NCBI GenBank assembly: GCA_045837725.1
Contig: JBEWZL010000162.1
Span: 1 to 64,000, forward strand
Reading direction: 5' to 3'
DNA length: 64,000 bases
Source of the DNA: Vermamoeba vermiformis
Taxonomy: Eukaryota
Shown here: one piece after another, positions 1 through 10,811 of the stretch
How the letters are laid out: each line of letters opens with the position of its first letter
Numbering within the stretch: the first letter of the stretch is position 1
Notes under the pieces: model-generated
Database searches by the model: none
Told to the model about the DNA's origin: nothing
What the model saw: the letters and a program-made list of their open reading frames with translations, nothing else
Position numbers and translations under genes: made by a program

Positions 1-14
1 TTAAAACAACTTAC

Positions 15-162
15 CTTAGTGTTTCCGCATTTGGCCTGGATACGCTCGAGTAGATCCGCATAGGATATGCCGAGAGTTGCGTCAATATGATTGGCGTACT
101 AAATAAAAGGGTTAGAATATATTTGTCTTTATTAACGTTTAAATACTTACATTCAAAGCCAT
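15..162 (-). CDS. Possible N-terminus of a protein running off the left edge (MALN|YANHIDATLGISYADLLERIQAKCGNTK...)
   Basis: ATG at 162-160, intron 99-150, next exon 15-98 open in phase 0, donor at 14. No homology recognised. Confidence 0.3.
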
Positions 163-1472
163 TCTGAGGAGTGTTCGTCGCGGATGTCGGCAGCTAAACA
201 ATCGATGTAACCAGAAACGATGCTGAAAGAGCAATGTCGTTGTACTCTGTTCAGAAGGTGAGCGAATAATGAAAAAAAACAACAAAACAAATATTTATAG
301 CTAAATTTACGAACGCGCCTCGATCTGGAAAACTCGACTATTATCGACGAGTAACCAATTAATTTAACGAATAACAATAGTACTTACATGATTTTATCCT
401 TGGCACGAAGCGGTTTCGTTCCATCGCCAAGCACAAGCGAGATCTCTGTGAGGGGTGGTGTGGATCTACCACCAGCAATACCACTGGCCCTAATCGTCAC
501 ATTACTTCATTAATATAAGTAGCAGTTATTAGTTATTCGATACTTACACTTTGTTTAAACATCGCCTAGTCTCGTGTAACGGACGGATCGTGTTCCCGAC
601 GAATTGACCAATCAGCAATCGAGGCGCATTAAACTGAATAGTAATCATCAATGAATATTTAATAATACACAGCATTCGAATTCACTTACCTCTGCTCGTC
701 TTGTTTATCGGAGCGTTGATCTTGACACGCCGATCGATCCTCTTGACTTAAGCGCTATCTATTGTTACAAACAAAAATTATTTAAATTATAAAATATTGA
801 TTAACATTGTCATGTTCACTTACCGCACATTAACTCGAAGTTCTTCTCAAGTTGATCCAAAAATAGCGCGACGACCTGATCAAGCCTTCGTCTATAATAA
901 AGGTAAATTTAGCAATAATTTGTAATATACAATATCTTAATAATAATAATTTGTAAATTGATCAGGCTCGAAGCTCGATCCGAATAAATTTTGCAAACTT
1001 ATTTTAATTTATTGCCATTAATTGGGTAAAATAATATCATTGAGGCACTGCACGTATTTCCAATGATATTAATAATAATATTGTTAACGTACCAACTTGA
1101 GTGATTTGGATGTCCTCGACGAGTCGATCCAGTGCTTCAATAACGCAATATGTGCTGCTGAGAGGGCTCCAATTTGTTGTGCATCAACATTTACTTCATT
1201 ATATTACATAAAATATAATACGACCTGTTGTGGTCGTTCTGTTGGGCTGATCGGGTAAGAATGTTGATCAGATTTTCGGTCGTATTTAAAACAAACAAAA
1301 ATTACATTTATTATTACATATTACATTTCAATTCTATATTACTTGGGTGTTACGTCGACATATTGAAGTATCAGATCCGAGGCAACGTGAACGATCTGCT
1401 ATCAATTCGATCAAGTCCTGATTAAAGTCTATCAATACGTTATAATTAACATATTAAATGTTTTTTCTTTAC

Positions 1473-3620
1473 CTTTAGCGCAATCGGTGCGCTTTTTCAA
1501 GTCAGTTAGTAGGGGATCAGTGCGGGGCCCTCGCGGATCTGCGATTAACCGCCATGTATTGAGAATCTGAATGTACTTACGTTAATTTATATATACATAT
1601 ACAACTATTGATAGCAAATAGACTTACCTGAGAACGGCCAACGAATTTTCTTCTCGCGAATCCGTTCAAGTTGCGGATCGCATTTCATTATTATATCTCT
1701 TCTTTCGCTCGATCTAGTTGTATATAACGTTAGTAATTATCATTAATTAACGCGTAAAGAAACTTACATTCTTTTAAATCGCTTCTACTGCGAGGTTTGA
1801 GCCGAGTTAGATCGCGTGTACACGATCCACGATACCATTAGAAAACGCTTCAATCCTGATAAAATAGGATTAGCACGTTTAAATAAATATAAATAATCAT
1901 ATCGTCCTACCTTTGGCGCGATCGATGCGCTGTGTTGGTGAAAGACGGATCGCTTCGGACTTAGAAATTTTTCAAGTACGGGGGCCCCGCTAGGGTTCCC
2001 TGCATAAATTGAATCAGTTATCGAACCAATAATTAAAATAACACTTTAACATTATATTTAAACGAAAATAAAACTTACCAAGCATTCACCTAGCCAATTT
2101 CAGGATCGCGCATCCGCCCAAGTTGCGGATCGGATTTCATTATTATATGTCTTCACTCACTCAATCTAGTAGGATATAGCGTTATTAATTGTAACTAATA
2201 AACCCGTAAATATACTTACACACTTTTCATTGGTTACTGCCGCGAGATTTGACCCGAGTTAGATCGCATGTACACGATCCACGAAACTATTGCAAAACGC
2301 TTCAATCCTGGTAAAAATAACATTATTACGTTTAAACAAATATAGTAAATAACTTTGTCTTACCTTTTGCGCGATCGATATGCTGTGCTATCAAATTGAC
2401 GGATATCCGCGTTAATTTGAAATTTTCGAGTACGGAGGCGCCACGAGGGTCCCTGCATCAAATTAATTAATAATGATATCAAAAGTTTGAATAACAATTA
2501 AATAACTTAATAAATACCTTTTCAAGACTTACGAGATCGATCGAAAAATTCAGGGTAAGGGATCAACGCGGGGCCCTCAAGGATCGGCGACGTAAACCAA
2601 TTACTCCTGAAAATACTAATAAAAGGGTGTTAGTAAACGCATAAAAATAACAAAGGACTTAAAATAAACTTACCTTCATGCTTCCAATTTGTTTTTCTTG
2701 TCACGAATCCGGTTAAGTTGCGGATCCGCTTTCTCCGTAACGTCACCGAATTCAGTGACTCTGATGAAAAGGATTAGATTAGTATATACTAGTAATTGGT
2801 TTATGCTACTTACGGGTCTGTAATCCGTTACTAATCGATAAAAATATGCGCGTCAGATCACGCATCCGAATTCGTAAAAATGGCTTATGTGTTCTTCCTG
2901 AAGTAAAAATTATATCAGTAAGTAATTATATAATTATTTAAACGCGTTCTGCTTACTATTAGCGCGATCGATTCAAGGGATCAGCAAGGGGCCCCGCGGG
3001 GATCAACGGTAAAAGTAAACTTTAATTAATTCTACCAAAAAAAAAGGGGTTATTAAACGGTTATATAATGGTTGTTACTTACTTTAAGAGCCTTCAGAGC
3101 TCTTCAACAATACTTCAACGGATCGGGATGCGTCGGATCCCGATCCGAATTATTGCACTCAAGGGTCGCTCTGACCCTTGTCGATCTGTAATAACGTTAG
3201 CAACGATCGGTTAAACGTATTTTTCTCTTACCTTGGTTCATCAGTTAGCACTGACAAAAATTTTAACGCGCTAGATCTCGCGCCACCAAATCTACCAAAA
3301 ATTCTAACCAACGGTTCTAACAATAAATGAAGATGTGAGTTTATTACCTTTATAATGTAAAATCAATTTTACTTACTTTTGACGCAATCGATGCGCGTCA
3401 CTGAACTTACGAGAGATCGGGTTAGTTGCGTGCGCGATCTCTGGCCCCAGCTCCGTGTCATCTCCTAAACGTAAAATTGTTATCAGTGAGTTATTATATT
3501 AATATTTAAGGGGGATCACTTACGTTTAAACCAATCGATGCCCCGCAAAGAAATTTTAACCGATCGAGACTCGTCGGATCTCGATCTCGTAATTTTCCTC
3601 CGTCGTCGTCTTTGTTATTT
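1473..3620. repeat. Diverged higher-order repeat of exon+intron monomers (three exon types, unit about 450 bp)
   Basis: 1628-2000 aligns by eye with 2079-2453 (shared AAGTTGCGGATCG, GAGTTAGATCGCRTGTACACGATCCACGA, AAAACGCTTCAATCCTG, GCGCGATCGAT). More diverged copies lie at 2674-3032 and 3232-3464. Confidence 0.8.
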
Positions 3621-4519
3621 CTAGTAATATAATGGGTTAGTATTAAGCAATATTTAACTGTAACCGCACTTACCGGGCTATTATGGGTGATGTAACAGAT
3701 CTGATAACGCGAGAAGATCGCGTTCAAGATCCGTTCTCGTTAACTTTTGACGCCTAAAATAAAAGTGTTAGATTGTTAAATAACAATAAATTAACGTATT
3801 TAAATTGCTTACGCTTGAGAAATGACCGGGGATTGAGCGATCGACTTTACGATCGATATAGAAATCGCGTCTTAATACTGACGCTCAAATTACCTACAAA
3901 ATAACGATTATTATATTATGTTAATACTAAATAAAACAATACTTCAAATTTTACGCGAGCACGAAGCTCGATCCGATTCTATATAATTTTAAAAATTTAA
4001 CTTGATTTTTAAATTGATAATCGACGCATTGGGACGATTATCTTACTATTATTGAATATATTTAAAGACTTACCAATTTATTTCCAGGGCCTGGGCGGAT
4101 TCGATCTCGCCATCAAGTTACCGACCCCGTCGGCGAGCAATGGTGATCGTTCCCGCAGCGGGACACGAACGGAAGGCACCAATATACAACAATACGACCA
4201 TTGGTGGTCGGGATCTCGCGAACAGAAAGTCACTAGAACTTTCGATCGCGGTAAATAATCGTGAACATAATCTAAATAAAAATTGAAGTGTTAGCATAAT
4301 GTATTTAATATTGTTTTATCGATATTAATTATAAATCCGGATAAAATCCGAGCACTTGGCTCGATCCGGATCAAACTAATTTTAGCTTAAAAATTTAAAA
4401 ATTAAATTTGCGATAAAATAATGTTGTGAATGGTGGAAGTATATATATAAAAATCTTACCTTAATTTATCTCGGTCACTGCGCCGAGATTTGATCGCGTT
4501 TTGTTCGCGATCTTAAAGC

Positions 4520-5065
4520 CGCGCTGGAACGACGCTGATTGTCGTTTGGCGCGCATGTATAGATAATAAATAATATATCTAAATAACCAAATCGACCCTT
4601 GTGGCCGATCTGTTGCGAATCTTGGATTCGCTGCCTGTCAATCCTCTAAATAACTCGCGCTGAACGACCGTCGTGGCCGTGGCGCGCAACTATCTGCTGT
4701 TAATAAACCACGATAAATAAATATAACGACCTTTGTGGTCGTTCTGTTGAATTACTGAGGCGAAATAGCCCGTGCGCCATTTTCGCATCAGTTCTGATCT
4801 TCGAAATAACTCGCGCTGAACGGTTCTGATACCGCGGCGCGTTACTATCAGCTGTACATTACTATAATAATTGACAACAAATAAATAACTCGACCCGTGT
4901 GGTCGATCTGTCGAAGTTGATTAAAAATAGCGAATCAGATGACGCGTGCGATTTTGGCAACTCGAAATAACCCGCGCTGTAACGACGTTGGTGTCGTGGC
5001 GCGTAACTGCCCTATGTAATAATCAATAAATATATGCTTCATCAACCGTTTTGGTTGATCTCCTC
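4520..5065 (-). repeat. Four tandem units (about 135-160 bp), each with two hairpins
   Basis: CGCGCTG..GGCGCG stems start near 4520, 4656, 4812 and 4973. Each is followed by an A-rich linker and a CGACC-N5-GGTCG type hairpin plus TCTG/TCTC. Confidence 0.8.
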
Positions 5066-5727
5066 GTTTAAAAGTAAACTTACCTTCTCGATCCGTTGAC
5101 GTATTTCTAAATCTCGTTAAAATCGAACCTGTAGTGATAAATTAAATTAGTTCTATTAAAATTAAATAACACTAGACCGCGAGTAACGAGAATCTCGGTA
5201 ATCTCGCGGATTTAAGAATTGATCAGCGTTCGAATCTGACCTCGAACGCAACCAAAAATCAAACCATTTTTAAATTCGTTATTAATACATACCTTGAATA
5301 ACTTTCAGGCATTAATTTGTCAAAATTCTTCGATGATCCGTCACTCTGGCTGGACGGATCTGCGCGACGATTTCTCGACTTCTTCGGCACCGAGAATTTT
5401 TCTGCCATTTTTCCTCGTGGATAGTTGGCAGTCTGAATATTATCTAATGAATAAAAATCTGAAATGAATTTTTTAATCAAAGTTAGCGATCCGGATCCCC
5501 TCGAGGGCCCTGGGGACCCGTCGCTATTTCTGCCTTACCTCGTCGATTTTATTGGGGACCCTTACTGGCCCCAATAGCTTATTATTGGAGCTATCTCTTG
5601 GTGCTATTGCGAAATTGAATGCACCCGTTCGTGTTCAATTTCATTCAATTTGCGCCGATTTTTGCCAGATTTTTTCGGGGCCCCTCTCCGCCCCCAATTT
5701 CCGGTCTTTGGGGGCCCCTTCCTTGCT

Positions 5728-5742
5728 CCCTAACCCTAACCC
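5728..5742 (+). repeat. Telomere-like seed (CCCTAA)x2.5
   Basis: CCCTAACCCTAACCC. The equivalent AACCTTAACCTTAACCCC ends the duplicate at about 7436-7453. Confidence 0.6.
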
Positions 5743-5968
5743 ACGTGGAGACAACCCCTACAGACTTAGTTTTTTTGCAACATCGTCTCCACGCGGAGAC
5801 GACCCCTAAGGACTTAGTTTTTTCTTGAGATCGTCTCCGCGTGGAGACGACCCCTATGGACTTAGTTTTTTCTCGAGATCGTCTCCGCGTGGAGACGACC
5901 CCTATGGACTTAGTTTTTCTTGAGATCGTCTCCGCGTGGAGACGACCCCTAAGGACTTTATTTTTTCA
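5742..5968. repeat. 48-bp palindromic tandem repeat, about 4.7 copies
   Basis: GAGAC starts at 5748, 5796, 5844, 5892 and 5939. Unit junctions form TCGTCTCC-GCGT-GGAGACGA inverted repeats. Confidence 0.95.
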
Positions 5969-6032
5969 TAAGACTGTACACTGAGACTTAGTTTTTTTGA
6001 ATTCTCCAACTTACGCGGGTGGGTCCGTTTTT

Positions 6033-6092
6033 CTTAAGTAAAAATTTCCTTTAGTAAAATTTTCCTAAGTAAAAATTTTCCTAAGTAAAAAA
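6033..6092. repeat. About 15-bp tandem repeat (TAAGTAAAAATTTCC-like), about 4 copies
   Basis: Read directly from the sequence. Confidence 0.85.
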
Positions 6093-6355
6093 TCACCAAG
6101 CATAATTCCTACTCAATTCTCTATTTATTGTCAGGTTCTGCAGGGCTGGCCCTCTATGGCCAAGCCCTTTCACATATATGAATGACTTATCAGGGGGCTC
6201 CGCCCCCTGCACCCCCCTTCTTTTTTTTCTTTTTCCCTTCCTTAGCGAGTCTCGCTCGGGATCAATAATGGACCCTCCTGTATTTAGTATAATATCAATG
6301 TTTATTAGTGATAGGAATTGTATCCCTAATGCCTAACATGTCATTTAGGTCATAT

Positions 6356-7453
6356 TAAATAACTCACGCTGTACGGCCGTCGTGGCCATGGTGCGTGACT
6401 ATCTGCTGTTAATAAGCCACGATAAATAAATATAACGACCTTTGTGGTCGTTCTGTTGAATTACTGACGTGAAATAGCCCGTGCGCCATTTTCACATCAG
6501 TTCTGATCTTCGAAATAACTCGTGCTGAACGGCTCTGATACCGGGTTGCGTTACTATCAGCTGTACATGACTATAATAATGATAGCAAATAAATAACTCG
6601 ACCCTTGTGGTCGATCTGTCAAAGTTCTTTAAAAATAGCTTTTCAGATGACACGTGTGATTTTGACAACTCGAAATAACCCACGCTGTAACGACTTTGGT
6701 GTTGTGGGGTGTAACTGTCCTATGTAATAAACAATAAATAAATTCATAATTGACCGTTTTGGTCGATCTCCTCGATTAAAACTAAACATACCTGCTCGAT
6801 CCGTTGACTTTCGGATAAATCTCGTTAAAATTAAGCCTTTAGTGGTAAATTAAATTAGTACTATTAAAATTAATTACCGATTGACCGCAAGCAATGAGAA
6901 TCTCGTTATTCTTGCAGATTTAAAAATCAATCAGCGTTCGAATCTAACCTCAAACGCAATCGAATAATAAAATTCTTAAATAAATATACCTATTACGTAA
7001 CTGATATCACCTCCAGCAGGTTATTTTCAAATAATTCTTCAAAGATCCGTCATTCTGATCTGATGGATCTACGCGACGTTTTCTATTATACAACGTGTTA
7101 TTGAATTTTTTTACTATTTTTCCTCGTACGTACCTGGCACTGTCTTTCATAATAAACAAAATTTACTCGATACCCAGTCCTTGGTCACGATCTCAGATCT
7201 TGGGCGTCACTTGTGCCCCCAAGGGATCCGCGCTATTTCTCCGTTACACTTCACGGGATCCACGGGGACCCAAATATAATTTAATTAGCCCTATATATGG
7301 GCTATCATTTCCAGTTTATTCGAAATTGAAAACGGTTCGTGTCTGTTATTTCTGTTCAATTTCATTCCAAATTTCACGGACAAATTTTGGGTGTCAAATT
7401 TTCTGGTTTCCCATACATTTGACGCCCTCCCGTAAAACCTTAACCTTAACCCC
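6356..7453. repeat. Direct duplicate of 4647-5742, with CpG decay
   Basis: Colinear by eye from TAAATAACTC to the telomere-like seed, with many CG>TG/CA differences. Confidence 0.92.
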
Positions 7454-7762
7454 AAAGGTATATTAGTCTGCCCCCGTGACCTGCTGGTCACACTTCTGTC
7501 TGTGGCCCTGTAAGATTGGCCTTGCCTAGCAGCTGGGTTGTAGCTGCAAAAACAAAGCAAAATTTAAGGATATATGGGTTTTTTTATTTGCCCTAAGACC
7601 CCTAAGCCCTAAAAGGCTATATAATAAATAAAGAGAGGTGGGTGTTGTTTAGAAGTAAAGCTTGATTTATTGGGTTTAATTACAATCATATGTATACCTG
7701 CACTTCGTGCAAGGATCGGAATAATTCCCATGACGTGTCACAAAGGCATGTGATGAGAATTA

Positions 7763-8188
7763 GACAAGAATATTCCGCTGACGAAGAAATCATCAGTGTT
7801 ACACTTGGTCGATTTGCGATTCAAGTCCAATTCACAGTGGGACTTTGCACATTTTCTTCTGCACACAATAACAACTGGCTTCTTGCAGTCTGGTGATGTT
7901 CTTGTTGTGGACAATGCTTGCATCCACTTTGGTGAGCAAACAGCCTCAATGACCTCACGATTGACCCAAGCTCTCAACATTCACATTCTACACTTACCAT
8001 CTTAAAGTTGCAAGTTGAACCCCTGCAAGTTGGTGTTCAACTATATTAAAGGGCTCATTTGGCGCAATTGGGAATATTCCCAACCATTTTGTATGGAGCT
8101 CATGATCTCCCTTGTGGAGGTAAATCTCCTTCACCTCTATAAGTGGTACAATAAATGTTTAACTGTATTATCGAAGGAAAAAAAATAA
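7763..8188 (+). pseudogene. IS630/Tc1-mariner DDE transposase relic (C-terminal part)
   Basis: GDVLVVDNACIH...ILHLPS*SCKLNPCKLVFNYIK matches the DDE_3 consensus (DNAxxH...LPxYSPELNPIE). There is an in-frame TAA at 8003 and the catalytic E reads K. Confidence 0.88.
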
Positions 8189-8289
8189 TAAAGATGTTGA
8201 TTTAAAAGATAATTTTTCTTTTTTCCTTTTGTTTTGATTGCAACTTGTAATAGCAATCAATATGTATTTATTTGACCTAGTCCTCTCTT

Positions 8290-10811
8290 TTACAAATAGC
8301 ATACAAAAACCACAAGCAGCAAGAAAGTCAGACTGTTGAGAGTCAAAGCACCAGACACAATGCTTTGATTTTGAGTGTTTGTTGTGGGGACAGCTACTGG
8401 TGGATTGCCAAATTGAGGAGCATCAATCTGAGGAGCAGAGCCAACGTCAGGAGTGGAATCAGCAAAAGGAGAGGCTACTGGAGAGGCCACTGGTGGTGCA
8501 ACAGGACCTGCAACAGGTGGGCTCACTAATGAACATTAGTGAATTTGATTCTCAAAATAAAGTCACATCACATACTGCACGATGCGTTGGGACAGAAACC
8601 ACTTTGACAATCGCTGTCTCTGTGGCAAACTTGGTTGAGGGCGCACTTAGTTGCACAACTGCCACCACAATCGATATCGGATTCATCTTGGTTTAGTATG
8701 CCATCAACACAACTGTATTCTAAGAATTTTGAAGTTAGGATATTTCTTGGCAATAGCAGAATATATACGTACGGCACTTGGTGTCTGTGCAGTTTTTGCT
8801 CAAGCAATCGGTGTCATATAAACAATTTTGCCCCACCGCGCAGTCGCTGCAGGAACCGCCACAATCAATGTCCGTCTCGTCTTGGTTCAAATAGCCGTCC
8901 GAGCACGAAGGAGTCGCTGAAGCAATTGTTAGAACTATGCTTGGTTGTATAATTGAGTGTACTTACAGCATTTGTTGTCGGGATTGCAGTACTCGCTCGT
9001 ACAGTCACTTCCAAGCAAGCAGCTCTTGCCGTTAACGCATGCCGAGCACGTCGCACCGCCACAATCAATGTCGGTCTCGTCTTGATTCTTCACTCCATCA
9101 GAACAACTGATCACTACAAGCACAATCAGCTTGATGTCGGACACTGGAGTCAGTTATAACTTACCGCACTTGTTGCCGGAGCATTTATTACTCGCACAGT
9201 CACCATTGATTGAGCAAGTATTGCCAATGCTGCACTTGGAGCAAGAGCCTCCACAGTCGGTATCAGTTTCATCTCCGTTCTTGAACGTATCGGAGCAGCT
9301 TGGCGCGGCTACGAGCCATATTAGGAAGGGTGATAATTTCGATTTTCTTTGTACGTACCACACTTATTTGTATTGGGATTACAGAAGCCACTTGTACAGT
9401 CGGTGTGAGCGCTGCAAGTCTTGGCATTGGCGCACTTGGAACACGTGCCACCACCACAATCTACATCAGTCTCTACTTGGTTTTTGAAGCCGTCAGAGCA
9501 ACTCGGAGTAGCTGTTAGATGCAAGATTGTTAATAACTATGCACGAGCCGTACATCATCTTGATACTTACAGCAAGTCTTGTTAGGATTGCAGTAGTCGC
9601 TATAGCAATCAGCAAGCACGGCGCAGATCTTGCCATCATCGCATTTATTGCACAATGTGCCTCCGCAGTCGATGTCAGTCTCGTCTTGGTTCTTGCCAGA
9701 GTCATCGCAGCTCGGATTTGGTGAGAAAGCGAGATACGCTGATGCAGTACCATCACCAGAAATAATATCTCTTCTCTCAGTAAATCCGCTGCCGCTATCA
9801 GTGTAGCGATAGATCCAACCATCAGTCGTCAGTACGAAGACATAGACCACGGTGCCAAATTGCCTCGCGATGACCGAACGCGAAGAGAAAGTATCAACGC
9901 CAGTTGCATAAATATCGGTAAAACCGTTTGCGCTTGCCTCCATCTTTGCCACTTTGCCTGCCCCTGCACCGTACCAAATGGTGGAGGAGAAAGCTGTAAC
10001 TGCAGTGTAAGGAACGGAGGACCCGTAAGGATAGTCGGCGCTGTAAACTTTCGGAGGTGAGGGCATGGACCAGAAGGCGAAGCCAGATTGCGCCTTGCAA
10101 GTAAAGAACGTGTTACCGACTATTTGTACGTATTGAATGTTGGTTCTCGAGGAGACGCTAGGAGTAATCAATGATGTCGCCCCACGAGTCGTGTATCCAA
10201 CTGTGCCGTCATATCCAAGCCATATATCTTGTCCATTATGCACTGCGAAGTAAAAGTTGGCATCTTGATTGCTGAAATCGGTGATCTTGGTGCGATCCAC
10301 AATTGCGCCGTTCGCGTTCACGGTCAATGCAACTCGCGGCATTCCAGATGTGGAGGCAAGGCCAGGATCACCTTCTAAGACACCAATAGCTAACATACTA
10401 CCCGCGTAGTCGAGCATAATTTTGTGCACGTTTTGTTTTGAATAAACGTACCTAAAAAAGACGGATTTAGAAACAAAATCTTTTTCAATTTAATAATTGC
10501 ATGCAAATTACAAAAAGGATGGCAATTAACACTGTATATAATTTAAGTATTACGGAGAGGAAATCAAAAGTATCGTTGGAATCGGAATAAATCACTAAGT
10601 CTTTGTTAACGGATGGATTGATAACTTACCCACCCAGAGTAATTGTTTGAAGGAGAAGTCCATCATATCGGTACTCTTTCAATACGACGGTAGATGTCTG
10701 AGAGGTAGTGGATCCCTCAGTTCCCAAGAGGATGATAGAATCCTTTTTAAACGCACCAGCTTGCGCTTGGTAAGCCAGTAAGGCAATAGTCGCGAGTAAT
10801 AGCAGTTTCAT
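8290..10811 (-). CDS. Secreted, probably GPI-anchored surface protein with six Cys-rich CxDxxxNxxExDxDCGG repeats
   Basis: Signal peptide MKLLLLATIALLAYQAQA, a beta-rich N-domain, six repeats separated by introns, a Pro-rich stalk and a hydrophobic C-terminal tail. Confidence 0.88.

Larger units (their letters stand above)
1..5480 (-). ncRNA. Putative heavily spliced non-coding transcript (lncRNA or giant 5' leader), about 30 short exons
   Basis: Reverse-complement donors (mostly CTTAC; a few variants such as ACGTAC, CCTAC, CATAC) end at about 14, 150, 387, 547, 689, 823, 1092, 1472, 1627, 1767, 1910, 2078, 2219, 2363, 2532, 2673, 2813, 2956, 3082, 3231, 3376, 3523, 3674, 3812, 4053, 4459, 5083 and 5291. 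Most are matched by a YAG acceptor and a CTAA/CTGA-like branch site. Exons 1768-1856 and 2079-2165 have stops in all three frames. The 5' end is uncertain. Confidence 0.55.

Noticed and set aside
153-633. About 85-codon spliced open frame over three exons (FNAPRLL...SEWL*)
   Set aside because: No ATG, and an in-frame TAA in the preceding exon.
4520-5065. Hammerhead ribozyme or H/ACA snoRNA
   Set aside because: No CUGANGA plus GAAA core in the right geometry, and no H or ACA box arrangement.
1-5480. Alternative genetic code explaining the stops
   Set aside because: TAA, TAG and TGA all interrupt frames here, and neighbouring genes use all three as normal stops.
5742-5968. CRISPR-like look of the palindromic repeats
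   Set aside because: The intervening sequences are near-identical rather than unique spacers, there are no cas genes, and the context is eukaryotic.
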